This document shows positions 24,679-38,982 of a stretch of DNA of 64,000 nt, in pieces (position 1 is the stretch's first letter; every line of letters starts with the position of its first letter). The stretch comes from Octopus sinensis (taxonomy: Eukaryota). The translations under genes and the position numbers were made by a program. A model generated the notes under the pieces. It was not told where the DNA came from, ran no database searches, and saw only the letters and a list, made by a program, of their open reading frames with translations. The DNA lies in NCBI RefSeq assembly GCF_006345805.1, contig NC_043004.1, forward strand, positions 61,194,001-61,258,000, read 5' to 3'.

Positions 24679-26017
24679 ATCAGGCTGAGTAAAAAGTAAG
24701 CAACATTTTGAAACATGATATTCATCACAATATATTTCAAAATGAGGAAATTTTATTCATCAAAATAATTACAGTCAGCACATTTTTGCCAACAACTTAC
24801 AAGTTTGTTTAGTCCGGTAACATAAAAATCTGGAGTTCTGGAACTCAGCACATTTTTGCCAACAAGTTACAAGTTTGTTTATACTGGTAACATAAAAATA
24901 GGAGCTCTTTGGAGCTGATGAACTCTTTGGAGCTGATGAACTCTTTGAACGCACTTTCAGCATCTGTTTGACTTTTGATCTCCTTCTCTCGCAGGAAACC
25001 ATCAAGGTGCTTCAAAAAGTAATAGTCGGTAGGATAAAGGTAAAGGGAATAAGCTGGGTGTGAAGAACTTCGTAACCGTGTTCTCTCAACTTCTGGAGCG
25101 TCATTAGTCAAACGTTTTGTCATGAAAAATGATTGGATCTTTTCTGTTGGCCAGTCTGGGAGGGAGGAGTAGCAGTTTTTTGTTCATTTTGGCAATTTCA
25201 TGGAAATATGATTCTGCTGTAATGGTTCTTTTGGGTTTTAAGAAGTTACAGTGGCTGAATCCAGTAGTACACCATCAAACAGTCACCACAACCTTTGTTT
25301 TTCAGAGCTCGTGGTTAGGGGAGGTTTTCAGTGCTTCATTTTGTCCGAACCACTGCGAGGAATATTTTTTATTATTGTACAGAATCCACTTTTCATGGCA
25401 AGTTACAGTACGGTTGAGAAATGTGTCGGGCTGGTTACGGAGAAGAAGCGACGAGCAAAATTCTTAATTGCGCATTTTCTAATTTTTATTCAAATCGTGG
25501 GGTACCCATTTGTCAAGCCTTTTTGACTTTCCGATTGCATGCAAATGGTTGCAAGCAGTTTTCTGACTTACGCGAACTTCTTTTGGCAGTTCTCGAGTGG
25601 TTTTACGTTTGTCTTTCTCAATGACGGTCTTTAATTGACTCTAATTGATGACAGATGGGCGTCTACTACTCTCACGATCTTTTAGGCTCCGTTCTCCACT
25701 GCGAAATCATTTAAACCATTTTCGAGCTGACCACATATTAGTCATTTCCCCACCAAACGTTTCGTGAGCAGTTTGACATGCTTTACGTCCTTTTCTGAAG
25801 TTCAGTTGCAAAATTGCTTGAATATCGAGCTTTGAGAGTTTCATTTCAGAGGATTGTAACAACGGTGAAAAAATATTAATGTTAATCTATTGATGCATTT
25901 GAGCAAGTCTATGTCTCTTTATCAGACAACAGCAAATAGAAAAAAAAAACCTTTAAAGAAAAGTTCAAAATTGCAAAAATCCGATACAAATTCTCAACTT
26001 TTTACTCAACCAAATAT
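24679..26017 (-). mobile_element. Full-length degraded mariner (Hsmar1/cecropia-like)
   Basis: Imperfect TIRs (GGCTGAGTAAAAAGT / ACTTTTTACTCAACC); WVPHDL, VTCHEKWILYNN, HPAYSLYLYPTDYYFLKHL; multiple stops. Confidence 0.9.
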
Positions 26018-26497
26018 ATGTATACATACATGCGTTATATATATATTTGTTGGAACTCTATCATACGAGCAGCTAAATTCGATTCAGTCATTCAACCAAC
26101 TGAATTATCTAGACATGGTATCGAATGCATTGATCACGTCTATCAAATGATATGGTAGACCATCATCCACACACGCCCCACATACACACACATACACGCC
26201 TGCACGCACACACGCATCCGGACACAAATTCACACACACAAACACGTATACATACACTCACATACACGCATGACACTGAATTCTATTAAACCAATCAGGG
26301 AAAAGTGCGTGATATAGGTTGCAGTGTATGTGATTTATTAAGACCGAATGCTTATCTCGCGGTTGAAGATCGTATTACTGTGAAACTCGAATCACGAAAT
26401 AATCAATTATTTGCAATAGAGGACTATATATCCTATATATATATATATATATATATATTTGTCTATGTGCATGTGTGTGTGTATTTATATATATGTT

Positions 26498-26533
<36 letters not shown>

Positions 26534-26749
26534 TGTATGCATGCAAGTTCTTGTGTGTGTGTGTGCGTGTGTGGTGTATGTGTATAAGTGTCCAGGCGTA
26601 CGTTATGTATTTGTAATGTAAGATATAATCGAGTGTTTGCAAGATAATTTTTTTTTATTTAATTTCAACATCCTTGCTTTGAGTTCCTTATAATTAGTGG
26701 CCGGATAATGTTCTTTGAAACTGTCACCTCCGGTAATACACACTCACAA

Positions 26750-27032
<283 letters not shown>

Positions 27033-27527
27033 AAGAATTTTTGTATAGGTGTGTGTATGTGCTTTTTAGTCATGAAACTCCTTCTGGTATTACTCTAATC
27101 ACAACTCAATAAATTTGTCGCTGCATTGGACATATTTTTATTTTCTCATTTATTTTTATGTTAATAAAAGCGTGTACAGTAGAAGATACAGATATCTACA
27201 TAAATATTTGTAATTTCGTCTGGTTTTACACACACGAACACTCATATAAAATTATATAAGCGTTTCGGTGCTCATCATACTTCATTTTCATCCACTTTAA
27301 TCCTAAATACTTCTGAGAGCATCATACAACATAAAATATATTAATATTCCCATCAAAGAGAGGGGCCTATTGCTTGGTCAAAAGAAAGCCAATATTATTT
27401 TATTTTGATGAAAATTAATCAATCTTATTTCCTCACAGCTCATAATTATATGTCCTAGATCATTTATGTCTAAACACATAAATAAACGTTCAAATTATCT
27501 TTAATCTCATATATATATCTATATATC

Positions 27528-27558
<31 letters not shown>

Positions 27559-27619
27559 TATTTGACAATATGCTTTTATTGTGAATATTTGCTTCACAAA
27601 AATTCGTATTGAATCACAC

Positions 27620-27760
27620 GGATTTCTTTCAGTTTCCGTCGCACGAATCCACTGAAAAATTTGGCGTTGCCGAGACTTTAGGAAAAGACACTTGCACCAG
27701 GTGCCATTTGGAATCATGTGTTTGTGAAGGTTGCTTCTCACCACAGAGACATGCCTGCTG
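27620..27760 (-). mobile_element. SINE family A 5' fragment
   Basis: TTCTTTCAGTTTCCGTC..GACACTTGC matches the reverse complement of family A. Confidence 0.7.
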
Positions 27761-27809
27761 TTTCAAACACTTTATATATGATGTGTATGTATATATAAAA
27801 ACATATTTA

Positions 27810-28255
27810 TGGGATAGCTCTGGTGTAAGAATGTTGGTTCTCAACCACAATGTTCTGGGTTCAGTCCCACTGTGTGGCATCTTGCCTAAGTATCTTCTAG
27901 TTTAGCCTTCAGCTGACCAAAGCCTTGTGAGTGGATTTAGTAGATAGAAACTGAAAGAAGCCCGTCGTTTATATATACATACATACACCCCCATATATAT
28001 ATATTTATATGTGTGTGCGTGTATATATGTATATATGAGTCTCTGTGTCTTTGTATCTGTGATTGCCATCCCCGCTCACAGCTTGAGAACCGGCTTTGTT
28101 ATGTTTACGTCTCCTTAAGTTAGCAGTTCGGCAAAAGACACCGATACAATTAGTAACAGGCTTTAAAAGACGTCTTAGGGGTCGATTTGTTTGACGAAAA
28201 CCCTTAAAGGCGGTGATCCAGAATGATTGCATTCAAAATGACTGACACAAGTTAA
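27810..28255 (+). mobile_element. SINE family A, diverged copy
   Basis: GGGTTCAGTCCCACTG..GAAACTGAAAGAAGCCCGTCG..AAGGCGGTG..AAATGACTGA. Confidence 0.8.
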
Positions 28256-28279
28256 AAAATTATATATATATATATATAT

Positions 28280-28424
<145 letters not shown>

Positions 28425-28780
28425 ATATATTATATATATATATAGTATATATATATATATATATATATAGATATATATATTTATATCAAGATTTTTATCT
28501 ACATAAGTACTTACATACGTACCTACCTGCCTACATACATAATCAGACACACATGTACATATATTCTGCAAATTACGTTTATTTGGTTCTATTGTTTCAG
28601 TTTGTGCTTGTGTTTGAACTATTTCTGGAATTATATTTTGTTTTCATATTAGTTGAAGTTAGTTGATTGAAGTAATTTTCCGTTGTTCAAAATAGGATCA
28701 GTGGTGCTTTTGAATAATTCATTCTTCAACCTCACTGTGATTGAATACAAGATTTTCAGCCTTTCTTAAAAGTATATATA

Positions 28781-29630
28781 CAAGTGGGTACCCAACATGA
28801 ACGGAAACGTTCTCTGTAGGACAAACCCTATATAGTTCAGGCTTCCGCTGCGAGAAGCTGCATGATGTGACCCTCAGGCATCAGTCTGCCGATCGGAGTC
28901 GTCGAATATTGGCCCTACTACCACGTTGTGCGTCTTTATTTTGCAGTGCTTCTCCCCTCTACTTTGATTTTTGTGATAGCTTTTTCGAAGGAACAGCGTG
29001 CTTCCACGAACTTCTGTTTTATTCTGGGGAAAATGGCAACCGAAACAGTTGTCATGCTGCAAAAAGCTTACAAAGGCAATGCCATGAGTAAAAAAAAAAT
29101 TAAATTGCGTGTGGTCTTCACGATTTGGAAAATGGTCACTATCGCTTGAGGATCAACCTCGTTAAGCTTGATCGTCGAACAATCGAACGAATGAAAGAGC
29201 CATGAAAATTCATGAACTGAACTTACCGTCACTCAACAATGACGAACTTGTTTGTGCGACTGGTATGTCATGGAGCTCTTGCCAACGAATTCTGAGCGAG
29301 GAATTGCGAACGAAAAGTGTTGCAGAAAAAATTTGTGTCACGTTTACTCACGAGAGGGGAAAATCAGCCACAACTGAATGTGTGTGGTACACTAAGAGAA
29401 CGGTTGGAAGGGTTAACACTTGTGACAAAAGCTGGTCCTACGGAATTTGAAGATGTGGAAGAGGTGAACGTTAAACGGTATCATTTCGCAAGAGTTGCGG
29501 CACTGCTTCCAACAATGGAAAACGCGTTTGGACAGGTGCATTGCTTTGAAGCCAATAAAAGTGTAAACATGTAAAACTGAGAAATTATAATACAATTGCA
29601 AAATTCTGGTTTGCTTTGGGTACTCCTTTG
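28781..29630 (+). mobile_element. Internally deleted mariner
   Basis: TA-flanked TIRs CAAGTGGGTACCCAA / TTGGGTACTCCTTTG; EQRASTNFCFILGKMATETVVMLQKAY N-terminus, TCDKSW remnant. Confidence 0.85.
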
Positions 29631-29690
29631 TATATGCATACTACATGCAAAGATACACACACACATACTCAAGTACATATATATATATAT

Positions 29691-30250
29691 AGAATTAAAT
29701 AAGGGTAGAAATTGATATTAATCAATTAAAACCAGTGGTTTAGCTTATTTTTAAAAAATCCGAAGATTAAAAATTGTTTTACATACAAAATTTAGAGGAC
29801 TGACCACTAAAAGTGGACACCTTATATGCTAAACATAGACGTCAAATCGCCATTACCACGAAGAATGTGTTCTCAAGAAAAATCTTAGCAAAAAACCAAA
29901 ATGTAAAAATAAGCAAGTCAAATGTAAATATACGGAATAAAAAACGATCATATATGGACCCGCAAATAACTGCAAGATCATCAGCATTCTGGAAATTGTG
30001 TTTTGTGAACGACAGGCTATGCTGATGATCTTGCAGATGCTTGCGTGTCCATATACGTAAATATTAACAAGTGAAACCAATGGTACATAGATAATTGTTT
30101 TTTTATTTCGTATATTTTTATTTGTCTTGCTTATTATTACATTTTTATCTTTTGTTGAGATTTGTCTTCAGAACACTTTCTTCGTGGTAATGGCGATTTG
30201 ACGTCTAATATAGGCTGTCCACTTTTTGTAGTCAGTCCACTAAATTTTGT
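29691..30250. mobile_element. Fold-back copy of the HHR-array family
   Basis: Left arm starts AATTAAATAAGGGTAGAAATTGATATT after (TA)n; right arm 30020-30250 is its diverged reverse complement. Confidence 0.85.
30017..30090 (+). ncRNA. Type I hammerhead ribozyme (intact core)
   Basis: CUAUG-CUGAUGA-u-CUUG...CAAG-u-GAAA-CCAAUG-GUA-CAUAG; predicted cleavage after 30085. Confidence 0.85.
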
Positions 30251-30389
30251 ATATATATCTATGATATGATATACATATTTCATCTTCTACAGACGAATTC
30301 ACAGTAGTTATCGCGGAGAAAAATTCTCTCTTGTGGTAAAAAGTGTAAAATCACCATATACATACATACATACAAACATACATACATAC

Positions 30390-30420
<31 letters not shown>

Positions 30421-30504
30421 CATACATACATACATACATAGAGAGATATGTATGCATGTATATATATATGTATATATATATATATATAATATATATATAT
30501 GTAA

Positions 30505-30569
<65 letters not shown>

Positions 30570-31849
30570 TATCTATATCTCTCTCTCTCTATATATATAT
30601 ATATATCCTATCACCTATATCCTATCACTTATACCACTAGCTGGCATATACATGAGCTTAAATTTATCAAGTATTCACCCTGAATTTATATATATATATA
30701 CCTACATACATACATACGTAGGTCTTATACATTAACATCTGTATATAGATACATAAATTCGTACATACAATACAATGTGTGTTCCCTAGCTAAAACAGGT
30801 TTTAGCATTTCCATGCATACATTCATACTTAAAAATAGACACGGTTGTATGTGTGGGGTTTTGCGTATATTTGTAGAAAGTAGCACCTAGCAAATGTCCA
30901 TTGAATGGAAACCACAAATACGACAAATGTTGTTTAACACATCTTCACATTGTGCAAATTGCATCTTGTTTAAGCATTTCAAATCAAACAATTTCCTTTG
31001 AGTATGTTGTCATAAGGTTTTATTTGACAGCATTAAGAAATTGGTTTTTTGCAAGACAGACCATAAACGGTTGTACCCAATTTCTCGAAACCACTCGGGT
31101 AATAAGTATGCAATAAAAAAGATGAAGTATAAATATGCGACAGACGATTTCAGTATTGGAACGTATTTTATGTATGTATGTATGTATGTATGTATGTATG
31201 TATGTATGTACATACAAATGTTGTGTGTGTATGTGTGTACATACGTTGGTATCCTCGTGGGTGGATGAGAAATTATGCGAGAAAGGAATCAAATTCACTC
31301 AAGTTGTGTGGAACAAGATTTATTCGATTCGCGGCTGAAATTATGTTACTGCTAAAATTCCAACACTAGTACATAAATACAAGCGTACCATATATATATA
31401 TGTGTGTGTATGCATATATCTACATATATATTTGCTTTGGTGAGTGGGTGTTTCTCTGCGTGTACTCGTGTGTGTAGGAGCGCAAGAATGTAAATATGTG
31501 TGTGTGTGTGTGTGTGTGTACTTCTGTGCGGTGAGAGAGAGAGAGAATGAGAGTGAGAAAAAGAGAGAGAGGGAGAGAGAGAATGAGAGTGGGAAAAAGA
31601 GAGAGGGAGAGAGAGAGAAAGAGATTGTATACATAGTATACATATATATATATATATATGTCTGCATGCATGTATGTATATATGTAATAATTAACACGGC
31701 TTATAAAGGAATGATATGCAAAATACATTCCTTGCGTTATTATTGATATTGATAATCTGTGTGACTACATTTCCTATCTCTCTCTGCTCCTCTCTTTCCC
31801 TCATTCTCTCTCAATATATGTGTATTGTATTTCTGTATGTGTATATGTA

Positions 31850-31886
<37 letters not shown>

Positions 31887-31974
31887 CGAGAGAGAGGCAA
31901 AGCGAGAAATAGATAGAAATAGATAGATAGTTATACAGGTAGATATAGATATAGACATATAGTTATATATATAT

Positions 31975-32008
<34 letters not shown>

Positions 32009-32033
32009 TATATACATATATATATGTATATAT

Positions 32034-32089
<56 letters not shown>

Positions 32090-32104
32090 TATATATACAT
32101 ATAT

Positions 32105-32135
<31 letters not shown>

Positions 32136-32161
32136 CATACATATATACATATATATATACA

Positions 32162-33408
32162 CAAGTTGTTCGGGGTGAATTTGAAGATTTTTCTACGCCT
32201 CCTTTTTTTCCAGAAATAGCTTGAGGTATAGGTGAAAGTCAGCGGTGTTGGAAAGCATAAAAATTAGAGTTGTAGTTGGGAAACGTTTGCTGACATAGAC
32301 GATAGAAACCCATCTGAATATTAGAAAGGATTTATCTGCATTACGATGATTTTCGCCGTATACCAAAATACTGACACCATGAATGCAACTCAATGTACTG
32401 TAAACTTTTTAAATGCTGTAAGATGTGATATAGAGAGCTGCAACGTAGTCTACGATGCCACGGCAAGTGGAAAGTTACACAACACGCGTTATAACTACGC
32501 CTGCCCTCCAGAATCCGTTCCAGGACTGCAGGAGATGTAATAGAATATCCGAGCAAGGCAATCTGAGCTTAAGCTCGAGATGTGTGTATTCCATTTGCCT
32601 CAATCCCGGAATGAGTATTGGTCAGCCAAGGCGAAGGAGAACCAAAAATAATGATTCTCCTGAACATCTTATTGAGCCGGGGATGATCCGGTTCTTCTCA
32701 GATAAAAAGAACTTCCGCGAGGACTAGTAGCACAACACCAAAAAACAACCGGTCGCCTTCTTACAAATCATGTGATGTCTCACGTAAAATATAAGTTCTC
32801 CAAGATTTTGACGGCCTTTGGGTGTGTCTGCAATGCAGTTTAACGTCATGACAGACCACAACTATGAACATTGCTTTAGGCTCAGTTCAGATGGCTATGT
32901 GAGGCTGCTGGAGACCGTCGTCAAATTCTGGTTATAGAATGTTACTGCTGGAAGGCCATATCTATGACATCAAGATCCGGTTCCTTAATATGCCCCCGGA
33001 AAGAGCCACTAGTTGTTTTCAGAGAGTTTCTACGACTTCACCAGTCACAATTTCTGATCTGCTACTGTCCCCAATTGTAATCTCATCGATTACAGTGTAT
33101 GAAGTGCAGTTAAGAAAAACACCAATCACTTTGCCTGCAACAAGAAGTCCAAGCTAGTGGCCAAATCAAGAAGGTTTTTGAGGATCTTTGTTTGGCACAC
33201 TCTGGGGGATGCCTGAGTCAAATTGTGTGGCCGTCTTTAGGCCGTTGTGCAAGTTGAAGCGGACTAGTTTGAGTAAACTGTTTTTATATCTCCCAGCCAT
33301 AATCTAGCTGGTATTTATTAAAAACAACTTTAATGCTTTTATTTTGGGATGGGAATCTGATTTGTTTTCATTTTCTGAAAAACTGATCAATTTAGCCCTA
33401 ACACTCTA
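32162..33408 (+). mobile_element. Highly degraded Tc1/mariner (maT/DD37D-like)
   Basis: FFSDKKNF, YVRLLETVVKFWL, HQD, PNCNLIDY remnants; weak terminal inverted similarity. Confidence 0.65.
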
Positions 33409-36087
33409 GATCAACTAATTATAATGCTTTGTTGCGGAGTTTAATGCTCCCTCGATACATCATGCGATGTCTTGGTATATTGAGATAATCCTTGCTTCTA
33501 GACACGATAATCGTCAGGTGGCAAATGAGACCATCACCAGATAGGAAGGGAATATTCAAAATTCTTCAAAGCTGAGAAGACATTAAGTAAATGACTGATT
33601 GTGCGGGGAGAAGAGTTTAGGGTCAGTAGTGGATCCCAAACAATCATTAACCCAAACAATGCATATCATAGTTTAGTGTTAAAACACTCTTGTTTCTGCA
33701 ACTGTTCGGGTAAATCATTGCATCTGTATACAAATCCTGCAGTGTGATAACTGTTGGGCTCGTGGCACTCGTAGCAGACTACTACATGTTTGATTAACGA
33801 GAAAGTGGGACTAACTCTGCACAAATCATGTCCACTATAACAACATTCATCGTGCTGGTTGTTCAGCAAACCGAGACACAACCATTACCACTGTCATATT
33901 TCCTTCGTAGGTTCTAATGGCGAAAAGTAAGAGGAACGTGGACAGGTAGAGAATGCAACTGAAATACTTCAGCGTTCATCCAGCGTGCCATAGTACATTT
34001 GTTGTTTTCCTGAGACTTGAGAAAACTACTGCTGTGTCTTGTTGAGCCACCATTAGTCGAAACAACCGACTGTTTTTACAAATGCCTCCAGGTGAATAAT
34101 CAGTTTCGGATTATTTTCCATCTGTATAAAGAACAAAATACAGATAAAGCTAATTTTTTAACACGGTTTAAAAACATGGAATGATGAAGAAAACAAACAT
34201 TTCTTTATAGCAGGTTTCTCATTTAGATTTGAGAAAGGGAAATATGGAAAGCCGATGAAGGATGAAGACAGCTGGTTTAACATCAGCAAAAAAAAGAAGT
34301 ATAAAGGGAAATATTTTACATGTATAGAGTAAGGGAGAAACCAATATTAAACTATGTAGTGTGAAACAGCAATATATGAATTTGTTTTTATTATGAAAAT
34401 AAAATACAATTATTTTTCTCGGAGGGCGGGATGCAATTTTATAACTAAATTTATTATAAAGCTCTTCAAACATGTCTATATAACCAATTTCAATGAACTC
34501 AGTAAACTAACGTGAGCCATTCAATTTAAAATGTTCGAAAAGGTTAATAAAACATAACAAGTAATAAATATTATTTAAAGAACTAACACATGACTATAAA
34601 TTAGTTTTCGATATAACGTCACTATCTTGCATATATTTCCTGTAATTCTATAAGGTTAAAAATGTGAGGAACATCCTGTGAACAAATACATGTACAGGAA
34701 ATATATGTGTTTGTCTATTCATCGAGTGTTGGCTAATTTGAATATGTGTGTATATAAATGGTTTCAAACGTTTGTATTTGGTGGTATTTTACTTCATCTT
34801 TACGTTTAGTACAGTTGTTGCAAAATAAGTGATCAATTTATATGAGCATATGATATTAGGTAGCGTAAATAACAACGTAGTAGCTATTCGATTAATAACA
34901 ACGTAATGACACTAAATATATTTTAATACGTAATATCTAGAAAATAATAATATGAATAATAAACAGCGGTGGAACTGACATTCGAAGATGAGTAAGGCAA
35001 TTAGGCAAACAGAATCCTCTCTGTATGATCGTGAAAGTGGAACTATAGAACCGAACAAGTATCGTCCTCTTGCATACGTCACCCACTCAAATTTCTTATA
35101 TTTTTGCTTGAAAGAAAGAATAATTTCTCTCTCCACTCTCACTCATCACTTGAGATGGTGTAGTCATTCGAAATATAAAGCAAACTTCGAAAATATTTAT
35201 GATATTTCCATTATTAGCTCTTCCTTCATAGTCTACAACCAAAGGTTGGCCACTTTTAATAATGAAAAGTGTTTCTCCCGTCGGCACCGGCAAACGTTTT
35301 GTAGTTGGAACAATTGATTGGTATACTTATCCAAATATAGGACTGGTAATGTCTGTGGTGCTTCTACATGATCCCTCGTGTACCTAGAAAACAGGAAATA
35401 ACACGACTACAAATTCTAACCCAATAAGAAATTATAGAAAAATGATCAAGTCGAGAATACTTTTAATGATATCACTCATCCATCAGAACACATCCGAGAC
35501 AAAATAGCATCAACAGCGGCGGTGACAACAACAACAACAACAACAACAATATCAATGTCAAGGTTGGTGAAATTTAAATTCAGAATTTAATACTAGCATA
35601 CATATTGTTCAGTACTCCACATTCAATTATTGGAGTGAACGCAAGAAATTCTATCCCTGGCATATCCGGAATGAAATACTAGCTAAAGTATGTTCAACTA
35701 ACATCCCATCATCTTAAATAAAAGAATGATATAATGTACAATAAAATATTCCTGGATAAATTGTCTCCAAAAAACAATAGATAATGACGTGGTAGGAAAG
35801 TCTTAGATTTTAAATTTGCTTAAAGAGGCAAAACTAAGCTGGCATGTATGCATTTGATCCTAGATCAGCGTGATTTGTGCTAACCCAGGATTAAATGTCG
35901 ACAAAACATTATTTCCAGTAGGTTATACTTTTCCTTTGCTTTAGGAGGCAGGATTATGTGATAAAAAGAAAATGTGGTTTCAGGTTCAGTCATACTGCTT
36001 GGCATTTTATGCAAGTGTCTTCGTCGGGCTGACTGATGTCTTGTGAGTGAATTTGGTAGATGAGTCTGTGAAAACTAGCCGACTATA

Positions 36088-36152
<65 letters not shown>

Positions 36153-36177
36153 TATATTATATATATATATATATATT

Positions 36178-37333
36178 CAGGAACTTTCAGATAAATAGGG
36201 ACAAATTTTAAGTAGTTGACTAACTAGGTTTGTCGATTCATTTTTTGACCAAACTTTGCTTGCTTGAAAATCTAATCCTCCTTTTTACTTTTCAGGTAAA
36301 TAGCGAACTGATTCGACAACAGAACTTCATGGAACAACAAAATCGTTCCACCATTGTTGTTTTGGAGCGCGCAGGGCACACTGCCAATAAAATTGTCAAG
36401 TTCACGAAGCTTCCAAAAGCAACAGTATAAAGAAGGAAAGATTTATAGAAAAGAGCAAAAGACTCGAAGTGATTCCAAGCGCAATCTAAAGTTTCTCGCT
36501 GGTCTCTAACGCTCGATTGAAGCCAACCCATTCACATCCATGACAGCTCTTGCAAAGAAGTGCAATGTGTCCCTTCTACGGTGTCCAAAGATGTGATCAG
36601 GAACCTTGGTATGACTAGCTATGGTTGAAGACGTCGTCACCTCCTAACAGCCAAGCCAATGTAATCAGAGCCGAGAGATGCCCAATGCTTCTGTCAGGAA
36701 AAACTGTTGTGTTTGTGATCGAGAAGTCCACTGAAGGCTCTGAGGTGATTTTCATACGACCCTTCTGACACCTGTGTATAGGAGTAAGTATCTTGCTACT
36801 GTGATGGTAATTTGAGTTAATTCGAGTGATGTGTCATGGATCCACACTTCATTGAGTCTGGCTTGACTATCGACACAAAGGAGTATCTGGACATCCTGAA
36901 GAATTCTCTGTTAACTTGGATAGAGCTGATATTTGGACTTGAAAACGTGGTACTTATCCAGGATTCTGCACCATGCCATGGATCAAAAGCAACACAGGCC
37001 TTCCTTGGTGAAAAGGTATCTTTGTTTGTGAGGAAAAACATCTGCGCCAGTAATAGCCCAGATCTCAGCATACTCGATTATTTTTCATAGGGTGTACTTC
37101 AAGCAAGGATCAGTGAATCATCCCACTCGAGTGTCAAAAGTTTGAAGGCCTGCATCGTGCGTGTGACACGCAAAATCAAAAGGGAGGAGGTTACGGGAGC
37201 TGCAGACAAATCTCATACTCGTGTGGAGGGAGAAAGTTCCCAAAAGGGTGGCCATATTGAATGAAAATGACTGTGTAGTATTTATAACCAGTTTTATGCA
37301 TTGTAAAGATAGTCTTAATTTATTTGCAAGATC

Positions 37334-37336
<3 letters not shown>
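36178..37336 (+). mobile_element. Degraded maT (DD37D) transposon
   Basis: TIRs CAGGAACTTTCAGATAAAT / ATTTATTTGCAAGATCCTG; QDSAPCH...SPDLSILD with 37 residues between the Asp residues. Confidence 0.9.
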
Positions 37337-37364
<28 letters not shown>

Positions 37365-37367
<3 letters not shown>

Positions 37368-37556
37368 TGTGTACCGTTGGCATTTTTTCCTCTGTCTTCC
37401 CATCTCTGGATCTTTCCTTCTATGTTTCCGACGAAGAGCTCCGCTCGAAACGTTAAGCCCTCCATCTTTCCTTCTTTCCTGAGCGTCCAATAATACAATA
37501 TTTGTTGCACGTCCTCGCGTTGTTGTGTTTTTTTTTGTGCTTTCTTGTTTGGATTA

Positions 37557-37560
<4 letters not shown>
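37365..37560 (+). mobile_element. Solo Penelope-type pseudo-LTR with minimal hammerhead (37424-37458)
   Basis: GUUU-CCGACGA-a-GAGC-ucc-GCUC-GAAAC-GUU-AAGC (U4-to-C change); between two (TA)n tracts; second copy at 43975. Confidence 0.75.
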
Positions 37561-37590
<30 letters not shown>

Positions 37591-37615
<25 letters not shown>

Positions 37616-38922
37616 TGTCTATGTCCCTGTAACTTAGCGGCTCAACGAATGAGACTGGTAGAAAAAGTGCCAAACATGAATCGTATAGAGGTTGATTTGT
37701 TCACTGAAACCCTTCAAGCCTGTGCTCCAGCATGGCAGTAGTATAAGTAATCAAACAGGGTAAATGTAATGATAAAAGGCAAAAGTCATCGGATTTCCTA
37801 GAAATCGCAGCCATATATCCCAAAATCGAATAATACTGTCTTAAAACATGAAGCACACATCTAATAATCTAATATTCAATAAATAAGACTCGAAAAAGAA
37901 ATGATGGTATAATCACGACATGTAGAGATTTGATCACATAACCGTTTTTTGAAGTGACTCAGGATTAAACGACAGTCAAAAATATCTTCCATTAAGTTAT
38001 ATTTTGTACTTCACATCACAAATTCTGACATCCAAAACCTGGATGTCACATTGTAGTTGCCCTCTCCGAATTTCCAAACGTTCTGAAATAACATCAGAAA
38101 GCTTTTAACCAAATGTTGTATATCACAGAATGTAAAAGTTTCGGAGAATTCGTAAAATCCATGAAAATGGATTGAAAATTAAATCCTGGGATGTAGTTAA
38201 TACGTAACAATTCACTGAAATAGTAAATAACTTTTTTGGATGTAGGCGTATGACGTATGAATTGCATCAAGTGGTTCTGAGTGCCGTCTTAGTATGTGGC
38301 TTTCTTTAAACAAGTGTCATCTGCTGTATCTTTGCGAACGAAATAAAATGGATGGAAAGTGCGTAGCAGTTCGTTTCATTCATTCATACATACATACATA
38401 CATACATACATACATACATTACATACATGCATGTATACATAAATACATACATGCATGCATGCATATATAAATACATACATATGTATATTAGGGCTAAAAG
38501 CTACTATGTGGACAGCCATATGCTAGAAGATCACATACGATCTAACTACAAAGAAAGAATGTCCTCCAGAAACAATTCAGTGGCCTTTTGTCTGGAGAAC
38601 ATTCTTTCTTTGTAGTTAGATCGTATGTGATCTTCTTCTAGCATATGGCTGTCCACATGGTGGTTTTTTAGCCCTAATATACACATGTATTGAAATTTTC
38701 TCTGACTTTTCAGATTTTTTATATTCTAGGCTTTTGGTTTTAAATTGATATTAATTAATTTAATTTTCAATTTATCTCCCTCACTATTTAAATACATACA
38801 TACATATATGCATGTATACTCGTTTATACACAGAGGAACGTGAACACAAACAAACACGTTCATATATATATTCATAAATACATATTTACATCAGTGTATT
38901 CACGTGTTTCTCTCTCTTACTC

Positions 38923-38982
<60 letters not shown>

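Noticed and set aside
33666-33881. Cys/His-rich 71-aa ORF as a toxin or Zn-binding peptide
   Set aside because: TTG start just after an in-frame stop, no signal peptide, no recognisable Cys pattern.
34988-35317. 109-aa ORF (similarly 16117-16488)
   Set aside because: No domain recognised and no supporting exon context.
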